IMG/VR virus record: IMGVR_UViG_3300017760_000001
Location: 1-64,000 of that record
Direction: 5' to 3' (one strand)
Length of the DNA: 64,000 bases
Source of the DNA: a virus
This document shows positions 27,558 to 36,637 of the stretch, one piece after another. The notes beneath the pieces are model-generated. The model did no database searches. It saw only the letters and a list, made by a program, of their open reading frames with translations, and was not told where the DNA came from. A program made the translations under genes and the position numbers. How positions within the stretch are numbered: position 1 is the stretch's first letter; each line of letters starts with the position of its first letter.

Positions 27558-27854
27558 TTATTTCTCGTGATTCAAGTCATGCACGTGAAGTGCAATTAAA
27601 GCATAATGAAGAACCTTCATCAGATCTGCACGGTTGTGGCCATTCTTGTGACCATATCGTTGTGTATACTTGAGTATATTACCAAGAGTAAACCCGATAC
27701 CATGCCCGCCGTCAATTATGAACTCAGTCGCCTGAAATTTGTTCTTCGAATAATGTTGGTCATATGTCTTATTGACGTATTCAAGTAGTCCATCGATATT
27801 CTCCTTTTCATTGTATTTATAATCTATTTTCTTATTCACTTTCAATTTCCTCAA
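27558..27854 (-). CDS. DUF3310-like protein
   Basis: TYDQHYS, GFTLGNILKY..RYG.K, DLMKVLHY. Confidence 0.65.
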   Translation of the reverse strand: MRKLKVNKKIDYKYNEKENIDGLLEYVNKTYDQHYSKNKFQATEFIIDGGHGIGFTLGNILKYTQRYGHKNGHNRADLMKVLHYALIALHVHDLNHEK

Positions 27855-28506
27855 TTAACATGTCACGCATGAATTTTGCTTGCGTGTCTTTTGTGTCACC
27901 ATTGGCGACACCATTATTTACAAACTTATATGCAAGAGTTATTCTTTCCCCACCAGAGTATGCAGAATGCCAACATAGATTCTCTGGTTCTTTATCTGAC
28001 CCAAAGTAATAATGTCTACATTGCCATCCTTTCACATCTGGTAACGTAATGATCTTATCATTCTCTTGGTCGTAGTATCGGAAGTACCCTTTGCCATCAC
28101 TCCAAGTAAACAAGATCTGATACGCATTCGCATCATAATTGGTATGCCAACCCACATAACCGCCTGGCGGATAGTAACTCAACAATGCAGAAGTGTGTGC
28201 GCCTATCTCCTTTGCAAACTCAAACTTCACTCTCTGTTTATAATCATCCCAAACATGAGGATCTTCGTAACACATCTTTGCTATAGGTTGTGCATAATAT
28301 TTAACAGGAGGGCCTACCAGTTCATCGTTTGATAGACACTCCCTGAGATACTCTTCTTCCGTATATTTTGTACCCGCTATTATACCATCTCTGTTATGAT
28401 ATGTCCAGTACTTTTTTTGGTTGTGGTTAGGGGTACTCAACAGTTCGTCTGAAATTTCATTCAGACGATCCATGAACTGTTGATTACGAATAACTACTTC
28501 GGTCAT
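27832..28506 (-). CDS. 2OG-Fe(II) oxygenase-like (DSBH) protein
   Basis: YPPGGYVGWHTN, CWHSAY, RITLAY. Confidence 0.5.
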   Translation of the reverse strand: MTEVVIRNQQFMDRLNEISDELLSTPNHNQKKYWTYHNRDGIIAGTKYTEEEYLRECLSNDELVGPPVKYYAQPIAKMCYEDPHVWDDYKQRVKFEFAKEIGAHTSALLSYYPPGGYVGWHTNYDANAYQILFTWSDGKGYFRYYDQENDKIITLPDVKGWQCRHYYFGSDKEPENLCWHSAYSGGERITLAYKFVNNGVANGDTKDTQAKFMRDMLIEEIESE

Positions 28507-28778
28507 TACAGAATAAGGCCACTCACTGCTTGACGATATGCCTTCTGGATATCTTCGTTAGATGGGGCAGTAAATACGATTCCCCCAGCGTAGAATGCCA
28601 TCTCAGTTGGACTCTCTTCACCAGTCACACAAACGCCACGGGCAAAACCCATACCTTCCTGTGTCTGGATTACCATACGAGGATCTTTAAGCGTTAACCT
28701 AGAATTACCCTCATCTTCAAACTTACCTACAAACTCACCAGCCGCTGTAATGACTGATATGATATCACCTTTCTTCAT
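28506..28778 (-). CDS. small Sm-like beta protein
   Basis: GDIISVITAAGEFVGKF...AYRQAVSGLIL. Confidence 0.5.
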   Translation of the reverse strand: MKKGDIISVITAAGEFVGKFEDEGNSRLTLKDPRMVIQTQEGMGFARGVCVTGEESPTEMAFYAGGIVFTAPSNEDIQKAYRQAVSGLIL

Positions 28779-28788
28779 TTTCTATCCT

Positions 28789-29496
28789 TTAGTTTATTGA
28801 ATTTTCTGGATGCACATATTTATGATCAAATCTACGTGATCGTCTCCTCTCATATCCTAATACATCTATAAGAAGAAAATTTATGACATCCTTATATTGC
28901 CTTATACCAGACTCACAAATTATAACTGGTTTGTGTTTTTTTATTGTCTCCATCGCACCATAAATCGTAAATGCTTCTGCGTGTTCCACATCTATTTTAA
29001 TCAAGTCAATTCTTTCGAACTCACAATCATCGAGTTTCTTTATTGGTAATTTACGAGTCTCGAAATCGGGGTAATGTTTTCTTTCATATCTACCGTAATT
29101 GGATCGATAAAATATTTCAGCTGAAAAATTTCCTTCTGGTAATGTGCGAGATAGACCACCAGCATCCTTTGCAGAAAAATCTATGAGGCCTGTTTCTATT
29201 CCTATACCAACATTATGTATAATTACATTGTCACAACCTTCTAGATTCTTTTTTAATGGTTCTATGAAATCTGGATTAATCTCAAAGGCGTGGACGGTTT
29301 CGAATAGATGAGAGAAAGCATAAGACATAGCACCATAACAAGCACCGATGTCCAAGGCTACTACAGTTTCTTTAACATTTTCGACACAGAAATTGACGAA
29401 CCCTTCTCCTTGCCAATCGCACTTCTCTTTGGTAAACTTAGAGTAACCATCATCTAATTCACCATCGATCAACCACCAGCCATTTACATTCTTCAT
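28789..29496 (-). CDS. FkbM-family methyltransferase
   Basis: ALDIGACYG, VHAFE, IDLIKIDVEHAE, KPVIICE. Confidence 0.85.
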   Translation of the reverse strand: MKNVNGWWLIDGELDDGYSKFTKEKCDWQGEGFVNFCVENVKETVVALDIGACYGAMSYAFSHLFETVHAFEINPDFIEPLKKNLEGCDNVIIHNVGIGIETGLIDFSAKDAGGLSRTLPEGNFSAEIFYRSNYGRYERKHYPDFETRKLPIKKLDDCEFERIDLIKIDVEHAEAFTIYGAMETIKKHKPVIICESGIRQYKDVINFLLIDVLGYERRRSRRFDHKYVHPENSIN

Positions 29497-30159
29497 CTAT
29501 TCCTCAAGTGCTTTAATTACATCAGGGAAGTGTACACCGATAATTTCCCAACATTGTTTCGCAACGTCCATATGTTCTTTCTGCGTACCGTTACCCATTC
29601 TTAGATCACAATAATGTATCCATGATCTTAATGTTCCTGCCATATACAAAGTCGTCTCGGTGTTACCTTCTGGTAAAACCGCACGTGCCTGTTCTTTAGC
29701 GATACCATTATCTAGTGCCCAGTTATATACTTCTTTGGACTGTTGTAGGAGTTCAGACTGTTTATCTCTCCACTGTTGAGACAACTCTACATTGTCTTCA
29801 GTCAACGCTACTGAGTTCTGTCGATTCTTTAAGTCTTGAAGTCTTGCCTCTCGAAGTTCGAATGATTCACTCTTTGCGTAACGTTGACTGAATTCTTGAA
29901 ATGAGAACGAGCGATGACGGATAATCTGACGAGAGATATCACGTGTGGTTGTTATCTCCAGAGTCAAGTGTACCATCTCCAGAGGTGACCAATGGTTCTC
30001 ACGAATTAAATATCTAACCAACTTGCCGGCCGTCTTGGCGTTATTCTGGTTAGATGGATTACTTACACGAGCCGCATATGCGACCAGTTCTTCTGCGGTA
30101 TGACAACCTGTATCCGCACTTGGTTTACTCAGGGAAATTAATTTTACTTTACTCATCAT
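29497..30159 (-). CDS. thyX: flavin-dependent thymidylate synthase
   Basis: HWSPLE, RQIIRHRSFSFQEFSQRY, EQARAVLP, TQKEH. Confidence 0.95.
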   Translation of the reverse strand: MMSKVKLISLSKPSADTGCHTAEELVAYAARVSNPSNQNNAKTAGKLVRYLIRENHWSPLEMVHLTLEITTTRDISRQIIRHRSFSFQEFSQRYAKSESFELREARLQDLKNRQNSVALTEDNVELSQQWRDKQSELLQQSKEVYNWALDNGIAKEQARAVLPEGNTETTLYMAGTLRSWIHYCDLRMGNGTQKEHMDVAKQCWEIIGVHFPDVIKALEE

Positions 30160-30463
30160 CCGATTCCTTAATAAAGATTCCGTCTACCATCCGACCCTTA
30201 CGGTCTTTGATGTCATTGTATGCCACTTCTAAACAATGTTCCATAGGAAGACCATTACGTTTGGCAATATTAATCAATACCACCATGATGTCACCGATAT
30301 CATCTGCCACATCTTTCCCCTTACACACGTTGTCAGAAAGTTCTCCGACCTCTTGAATCAGTTTCATTACCTGATCCTTATCCGTAGCACCATCGATCAA
30401 ATTACGATCTTCGTGCCATTGTTCAATCTTCTCTATCAGATTCTTCATCGAGTTTAATTTCAT
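30149..30463 (-). CDS. MazG-like NTP pyrophosphohydrolase
   Basis: KLIQEVGEL, DDIGDIMVVL, AYNDIKDRKG. Confidence 0.8.
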   Translation of the reverse strand: MKLNSMKNLIEKIEQWHEDRNLIDGATDKDQVMKLIQEVGELSDNVCKGKDVADDIGDIMVVLINIAKRNGLPMEHCLEVAYNDIKDRKGRMVDGIFIKESDDE

Positions 30464-30608
30464 CCTGTTTCTCCAAGATTTGTTGAGATGCCTTTACCCA
30501 AGTATCGACAGCACGAGTGGCTGTCTTGTGGGAAAAATTATCTACAACCCATTGTGCTACGTTTTTACTTTTACCATGAGGACAAAGTGTCCAAGTCAGA
30601 TCTTCCAT
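30423..30608 (-). CDS. hypothetical protein
   Basis: 61 aa, translationally coupled to neighbours. Confidence 0.45.
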   Translation of the reverse strand: MEDLTWTLCPHGKSKNVAQWVVDNFSHKTATRAVDTWVKASQQILEKQDEIKLDEESDRED

Positions 30609-30898
30609 TAGTGTCTGTCCTCTTCTGCGAGTGTAAATACCGCATTAGTTATAATGGTCGGAACAACTAGTGCTAAGTGAACACCGATCGCTACTGGAAT
30701 ACTGTAACCCAGCCAACCAAAGTAATAGATTGCAATTAATCCAAAAAAACCTGACCACATAACAAACAACGCCATCAATAGATAACCTTGCATTACCTGA
30801 TCTGGAATAAACCTTAGTGGATTATATCTCAGATCCATTATATAACGATACATCTCAACTACTTTCTTCATCATCATCTTCTTCCTCTTCTTTATCAA
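30608..30898 (-). CDS. small 2-TM membrane protein
   Basis: IMDLRYNPLRFIPD followed by two hydrophobic helices. Confidence 0.6.
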   Translation of the reverse strand: MIKKRKKMMMKKVVEMYRYIMDLRYNPLRFIPDQVMQGYLLMALFVMWSGFFGLIAIYYFGWLGYSIPVAIGVHLALVVPTIITNAVFTLAEEDRH

Positions 30899-31043
30899 AT
30901 TCTATGTATCCTTCGTCTTCAAAAAACTTTATAGTCTCTAACGCACCCACCTTAAATCCTATCCAATGGCCTGCATAGTAACTTACCGCCAACAACAATA
31001 TAGTTATCGATGTTGCCTCAAACGGCGTAAATGGTATATACAT
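30855..31043 (-). CDS. small membrane protein
   Basis: One TM and an acidic tail. Confidence 0.5.
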   Translation of the reverse strand: MYIPFTPFEATSITILLLAVSYYAGHWIGFKVGALETIKFFEDEGYIEFDKEEEEDDDEESS

Positions 31044-32455
31044 TATTCCATCCTAAAGTTTTTGAATTTATTATTCTCCGCACTAATTCTCTGACCAGAT
31101 GACGTGTTATCGAATACAGGTTTGTCGTCCCACCCTTTATCCTTATCATCATCGTCCAACTCACTAGACTGATCGCAATCAAATAACTTCATCTTGGCAC
31201 GATCTACACCCACCATGAACCGTTGGTTTGACGTTGGGTCATTGTATCGGTTCTTCAACTGTTTGACCATGATCTTACCTTGGGCATTCAGTTCATCATT
31301 ACTAATCAATGCAAACATAAAGTCGGCAGTCGCAGGCAGACCGAACGACTCGGACGTATCTTCTAGACCAATGTCATCATTACCAAAACCAGACCGTGTA
31401 GTCTGTGTTGCAGATACGATTGGCACATTGAACTCTACTGCCAGTCCACGTAACTCTTCTGCAATACTCTTGATATAAGAATAAGAATTAATCGCACCAC
31501 CCATACCTTTCATACGAGACGAGGCACAGATATTCAGATAATCAATGAACACGATATCTGGTGTGAAGTTCTTCTTCAACTTCAGTTCATTCAACAATGC
31601 ACGGAAGTGATTCGCATGTGCCTGACCAGTAGGATATTCCTTGATGATCAGTTTACCGTTGGTCTTGTCAGAGATTGCCTTGACTCGATCGGTGAACATA
31701 GTCTTGGATAGGTTCTCCAACTGGTCGATCGCCACATCCATTAGGTTCGCATCAATACGTTCTGCGATACGTTCCTCGGCCATCTCCATAGTAATGTACA
31801 ATGCGTTCTTACCAGCGGACAATGCAGCTCCTGCCACGTGACACATGTATAACGATTTACCAACACCAGTACCAGCAAGGGCAATGTTCAGAGTCTTGTT
31901 AGGTAGACCGCCCTTGGTTATCGCATTGAAGTACTCCAAATCAAACGGTAGTCGTTCCTCTTCCTGATGGTAAAACTCGAACCGTTCATCAACGGACTCG
32001 AAGTAGTCATGACCAATGTTAGTATCGAAACTAACACCGAGTGCTTTGGATAGTACATCGGGTATCGCATTCTTGGATAGTTCTTTGTGTTTGCCATCAA
32101 TAATTGTGATTGATTCCATGACCGCATTATATACGGCACGGTCTTGACACCACTTCTCAGTAGTATCGACCAACCAGTCTAGGTTTTCTTCTTTCTTTTC
32201 AAAGATATTAGGTAGGATCTCCATACCGTGACGATAGACTTCATCACTTAGACGGTCACCTTGATCGACCTCAATCTTGAATGCTTCCATAGTAGGAAGT
32301 TTGTTGTACTTTGCAATAAACAGAGTTAGTTCTTTGAACAACCCTTTATACACACCCTCAAAGTAATCGGGTTCGAGGAAGGCAGCAACCTTCCTCATGT
32401 ATTTGTCATTAGTCAGCAGATTCCGCAGAATCGTCTGTTCTAAGTTGATCTCCAT
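31043..32455 (-). CDS. gp41: replicative DNA helicase (T4 gp41)
   Basis: LAGTGVGKS Walker A, ITMEMAEE, IDYLNI, SATQTTRSG, SESFGLP, KNRYND. Confidence 0.96.
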   Translation of the reverse strand: MEINLEQTILRNLLTNDKYMRKVAAFLEPDYFEGVYKGLFKELTLFIAKYNKLPTMEAFKIEVDQGDRLSDEVYRHGMEILPNIFEKKEENLDWLVDTTEKWCQDRAVYNAVMESITIIDGKHKELSKNAIPDVLSKALGVSFDTNIGHDYFESVDERFEFYHQEEERLPFDLEYFNAITKGGLPNKTLNIALAGTGVGKSLYMCHVAGAALSAGKNALYITMEMAEERIAERIDANLMDVAIDQLENLSKTMFTDRVKAISDKTNGKLIIKEYPTGQAHANHFRALLNELKLKKNFTPDIVFIDYLNICASSRMKGMGGAINSYSYIKSIAEELRGLAVEFNVPIVSATQTTRSGFGNDDIGLEDTSESFGLPATADFMFALISNDELNAQGKIMVKQLKNRYNDPTSNQRFMVGVDRAKMKLFDCDQSSELDDDDKDKGWDDKPVFDNTSSGQRISAENNKFKNFRME

Positions 32456-32810
32456 CATCGTCATCCCAACCTTCGTTTTTGAGATGCTGTGGTTCAGCAT
32501 CCATTTCAGCAGTTGTTAGTGTCCCATTAGCGTGTGATCTTTCTAACACGTCTTCCAGAACATCAGCTGCAAATTCTTGTAGAGGCACATACGTGGTGTT
32601 AAGATCTGGATCTGGTGAAGAAATAATAGTGAAGTTAAACCTCAAACATTTTTCTTTACCGTCAAAACTAATAGCACCATAACGAATAACCGTCTCAACA
32701 AAATCCCCACGTAGGAATCTGATATCCCACGCTTGTTCGTTATCAACGGCAGCGGGGATGACTTCATAGTCGATCCCCTCACTCATTTTATTTACATCTA
32801 TATCACGCAT
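32409..32810 (-). CDS. hypothetical protein (position of T4 gene 40)
   Basis: Lies between uvsX and gp41. Confidence 0.55.
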   Translation of the reverse strand: MRDIDVNKMSEGIDYEVIPAAVDNEQAWDIRFLRGDFVETVIRYGAISFDGKEKCLRFNFTIISSPDPDLNTTYVPLQEFAADVLEDVLERSHANGTLTTAEMDAEPQHLKNEGWDDDDGDQLRTDDSAESAD

Positions 32811-33837
32811 CGCCTTCGACCATTATATCAAATTCTACCTCAGAAGGCAAGCCTATTTGGTAACTTTTTTTCAAAAACTCTTTGAAGTCAGTAGTCGCAA
32901 AGATTGGTTCCCAGAACTCTCGTTCCAGTGTTTCTTTCTGTCGTACTTTCTTCTCTTCGCCTGCACGTGAGTACCAACCGTTAGATGGTTTGACAACATA
33001 TCCACCAGCGAGTGCGACATCAAGTAGTCCAGAGTATCTCTCAACACCACCGTCCCACGACACACTGATCGGAATCTTGGATTGTTCTTTCACATAACGA
33101 GACTTGTCCACCTTGATCACAAAGTCATAACCTGTAACCTCAGTACCAGTCTTGTTCTGTCTACGACCGATGATCCAGATGTTGTCGGCACTATAGTAGA
33201 TACCAGTACCACCAGACACTACGTCTTTAGGGAACAGACCGATCTCTTTGTACGTATGGTTGATCGCAATCATTGGGATCTTCTTCATATTCAGATACGG
33301 TGTAGTCATACGGAACAGAGACTTGAACGCCTTTGCACGTGACATATCTGCGACCGACTTCTCATTGATCGCATCTTCCAGTTCTTTCTTAGAGGCAAGG
33401 TTACCGACCGAATCGATTACGATAATTACATCGTCCTTGGCATCCAGTGCTTCCAACTGGTTGATCAGATCGAACTTCAACTGTTCTACATCCTTGATCG
33501 GACAATGTAGTACACGGTCAGTTGGAATACCGAACTGTTCGAAGTATGACTGCGGTGAACCAAACTCTGAATCATAAAACAACATTACCGCATCTTTCTT
33601 CTTCTCCAGATACGCAGCTGCCATCAATAAGGCAAACGAAGTTTTAAAGTGTTTACTGGGCCCTGCGAGTACGGTCAACCCAGGCGTAACACCACCCTCG
33701 GTCGAACCAGACAACGCCACATTGATCATAGGCACATCGGTAGGAACCATGTCTACTTCTTGAAAGAACTTACTATCTTGGAGTACCGCAGTCTCTTTGA
33801 TCTTAGACTGTTTCCTCAGTTTATCCATCACACTCAT
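32803..33837 (-). CDS. uvsX: RecA-like recombinase
   Basis: AGPSKHFKT, FYDSEFG, DSVGNLASKKE, VVSGGTG. Confidence 0.96.
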   Translation of the reverse strand: MSVMDKLRKQSKIKETAVLQDSKFFQEVDMVPTDVPMINVALSGSTEGGVTPGLTVLAGPSKHFKTSFALLMAAAYLEKKKDAVMLFYDSEFGSPQSYFEQFGIPTDRVLHCPIKDVEQLKFDLINQLEALDAKDDVIIVIDSVGNLASKKELEDAINEKSVADMSRAKAFKSLFRMTTPYLNMKKIPMIAINHTYKEIGLFPKDVVSGGTGIYYSADNIWIIGRRQNKTGTEVTGYDFVIKVDKSRYVKEQSKIPISVSWDGGVERYSGLLDVALAGGYVVKPSNGWYSRAGEEKKVRQKETLEREFWEPIFATTDFKEFLKKSYQIGLPSEVEFDIMVEGDA

Positions 33838-34697
33838 TCATCATCTCCAAACGTTATATTATTTACTTTCTCACGATCACATTTTTCGTATCGTTTTCTA
33901 TATTGATTATTGATATTCATTACCTCTTTCATTAATCTCATATCATACACATGCATTTCCGAAAACTTGGTAAAGGCGGCAATGTCTTTGGGGAAACACG
34001 CACCCCCAAATCCACGTTTACCGTCATGTCCAGGCACACGTGTATGTCCTACGCCTATCCTACTATCCGCACCTAACGCACGAGTAACTACATTATAGTT
34101 ACAATCATTAGCAGTAACTAAATCATACAGTTCGTTGAAGAACGTAACTTTAGTAGATAGGAATGTGTTCACACTATACTTAACAAACGATGCCTCCTTG
34201 GCAGTCATTGTATAAACTTCTCGTGAAGAACACAAACTGAACTCTTCGTATATCTCCTTGAGTCTAGATGTCGCCTTTTCATGACCACCAAACACGTGGA
34301 AGTCCGCATCAACAAAATCTTCTTTGGCAGATTTCTCTGTCAAAAACTCTGGATTATATACAAATAGTTCTTGGGAAAAATCAGGCATTCCCGATAACAT
34401 TTTTTCGATCACATCAGGCGTGATCGTTGATTTGACAACAACAAGGGCATTGGTCGAAAGAACCAGTTTAGCGACAGCATCTTCTACGATACTGGCATCT
34501 ACGACATGATCAATACCCATTGGTGTAGGCGCACACACAAATACACAGTCAGCTTCCCACTCTAGTAAATCATCAACAGTTGTTCCATATTTGGGATCTA
34601 CTGCCATGATATCTACTTTTGGATGGGTGAATGCGTACTCTACCGCACTACCTACGAATCCATGTCCGACAATACCTAGTCGGAGTCTATTTTCCAT
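33834..34697 (-). CDS. UDP-glucose/GDP-mannose dehydrogenase family (short form)
   Basis: GIVGHGFVG, VCAPTP, KSTITP, NPEFL, GFGGACFPKD; start set to MENRL. Confidence 0.88.
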   Translation of the reverse strand: MENRLRLGIVGHGFVGSAVEYAFTHPKVDIMAVDPKYGTTVDDLLEWEADCVFVCAPTPMGIDHVVDASIVEDAVAKLVLSTNALVVVKSTITPDVIEKMLSGMPDFSQELFVYNPEFLTEKSAKEDFVDADFHVFGGHEKATSRLKEIYEEFSLCSSREVYTMTAKEASFVKYSVNTFLSTKVTFFNELYDLVTANDCNYNVVTRALGADSRIGVGHTRVPGHDGKRGFGGACFPKDIAAFTKFSEMHVYDMRLMKEVMNINNQYRKRYEKCDREKVNNITFGDDE

Positions 34698-35646
34698 TAT
34701 GATATTCCTCATACCATTCAAAAAAGTTTGCAACACCAGTCTTGATGTCAGTCTTTGGTTTGTAACCGTACTGTTGCAACTTAGCAGTATTACTCCATGT
34801 CTCCAGAGTATCCGCTGGGTGTCTAGGCGCAAGATTTATATCTGCTTTCTCACCGCAACAAGTATCACAAGCATGACTCTCGATTTCTTTTACAAAATCC
34901 ATCAACTGTACCTGTTCACCGTAACCAATATTGAAGATCGAGTTAGATTCTATATTAGATCTGGTATTCAAGATAAGAACTATCCCATCAAGAATATCAT
35001 CGATATAGGTAAAGTCTCGCTTCATATCCCCATAATTATACACGTTTATTTGCTTTTTGTCAAGCATATTTTTTGTGAAATCAAACAGCGCCATATCTGG
35101 TCGTCCCCAAGGGCCGTAGACGGTAAAGAAACGGAGACCGATATTCTGAACGCCAGATATGGCAAACTGAATCTCATTCACATACTTGGTGTATGCGTAA
35201 GCATTACGTTGTTTGTCGGTAACCAAATCTTCTGTCCACCCATTCTCTGGAACTGGAGTTTCTCCATACACAGATGAAGTTGAGGCATAGACAACATGTA
35301 TGTTCTTGTCCTTCACAACATCAATAAGATTTTGTGTACCGTCAATATTGTTTGCGTGATATGCAGATTCCTTACCGAACGAATCTCTTGTGCCTGCATG
35401 AGCTGCAAGATGAACAATCTGTTCTGGTTTGAATGAATCAATGATTCTTTCCAGTCGTTCACTGTCTCGGATATCACAAACTTGTATATCCAACTTGAAA
35501 TGTTGGGTTCGATCCACTTTTAGTTGTGGTTCATATAGATGGTCATTATAGTTATCGACACCCAGTACTTCATGACCATTATTCTTGAGTCTATTCATTA
35601 ACTGCGAACCGATGAAACCAGCTGCACCTGTGATTAAAATTTTCAT
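34687..35646 (-). CDS. NAD-dependent epimerase (UDP-glucuronate 4-epimerase-like)
   Basis: ITGAAGFIG, HLAA, YAYTK (YxxxK), RFFTVYGPWGRPDMA, RDFTYIDD. Confidence 0.9.
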   Translation of the reverse strand: MKILITGAAGFIGSQLMNRLKNNGHEVLGVDNYNDHLYEPQLKVDRTQHFKLDIQVCDIRDSERLERIIDSFKPEQIVHLAAHAGTRDSFGKESAYHANNIDGTQNLIDVVKDKNIHVVYASTSSVYGETPVPENGWTEDLVTDKQRNAYAYTKYVNEIQFAISGVQNIGLRFFTVYGPWGRPDMALFDFTKNMLDKKQINVYNYGDMKRDFTYIDDILDGIVLILNTRSNIESNSIFNIGYGEQVQLMDFVKEIESHACDTCCGEKADINLAPRHPADTLETWSNTAKLQQYGYKPKTDIKTGVANFFEWYEEYHNGK

Positions 35647-35655
35647 TATACCGTC

Positions 35656-36597
35656 CTATCCGTTTCTATAAACATATTCTAACGCCCTGTCCGCTTCTTT
35701 TGCTAGGGGTCGATTCTCGTACCAGTTGCCAGATTCCGCATCAAACTGTTTACACATTTCTGCGATTTGCGTGGCAGTGATTGGATACCCTTTACTTATA
35801 GCGTGTCCAGCTATCGCAACCATGATCTGATACATCTTGTGATACCACCCAGTGCCAGTTATGGCACGGTATTCTACACCTAGTCGTTTGGGGAAGAACG
35901 GACAATCGTGGTAACTCGACCAACTGTAGTTGGTATTGTCCATTTGATTCTTACGGTGTTCTATCACCGCCTTCTGCATCTCGTCAGGCAATCTATCTAA
36001 GAAACTATTACCAGACTTAACTTCGTACTTATGACGGGCCATAAGTTCGTCAGTATTAATAGACTCGCCATTATGAGTAAAATAAAAGTTATTTGCATTA
36101 GGATAATCCGCAGGAACGTAATACATTCGAGCGAGATCTTTAGTCTGTGGATCTCCGATGTCTCCAAGTTCTTTATTGAGTGCGAACCAGAAGTGTTTGA
36201 TTCTATCTTGCGGTATAGAGTTGTCAAGATCGAATACAAGTCTGAACTTCGGTTGAGCATCTGACGAACTAGCAGTGCTGTAACAAATAAAACTCCAACG
36301 ACCAAACCGATCAACCAACTCATTTTGAATACCTCTTATAGTGTTATCACGAAACTCATAGTCATCAACATCAACAGCACACCAATTGCCCCAATGAGTA
36401 ACAGATTTATTACTACGTGTAGTACCTTCCTGAAACACAGCAGGAGTAATAAGAGGACTAGAGTTTCTACCACCTTTCTCACCTTTTTGATTAGACAGCC
36501 CAAACAACAACTCATCGAAATCCGTCCAAGTATCTACAGAGACGGTTCGATGGGTCTTGTTGTCAAACTGATTTTTAAATATAGTTAATTCGTACAT
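35656..36597 (-). CDS. AEP/Prim-Pol-like protein with helical C-terminal domain
   Basis: AVDVDD, YSTAS...PKFRLVF, DPQTKDLARMYYVP. Confidence 0.6.
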   Translation of the reverse strand: MYELTIFKNQFDNKTHRTVSVDTWTDFDELLFGLSNQKGEKGGRNSSPLITPAVFQEGTTRSNKSVTHWGNWCAVDVDDYEFRDNTIRGIQNELVDRFGRWSFICYSTASSSDAQPKFRLVFDLDNSIPQDRIKHFWFALNKELGDIGDPQTKDLARMYYVPADYPNANNFYFTHNGESINTDELMARHKYEVKSGNSFLDRLPDEMQKAVIEHRKNQMDNTNYSWSSYHDCPFFPKRLGVEYRAITGTGWYHKMYQIMVAIAGHAISKGYPITATQIAEMCKQFDAESGNWYENRPLAKEADRALEYVYRNG

Positions 36598-36604
36598 GGG
36601 TTCC

Positions 36605-36634
36605 ATTATACCATACCATCATATAGTTTGTCAA
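36605..36634 (-). promoter_or_regulatory. sigma70-type promoter (extended -10)
   Basis: TTGACA-18-TATAAT with TGG before the -10. Confidence 0.75.
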
Positions 36635-36637
36635 GCA

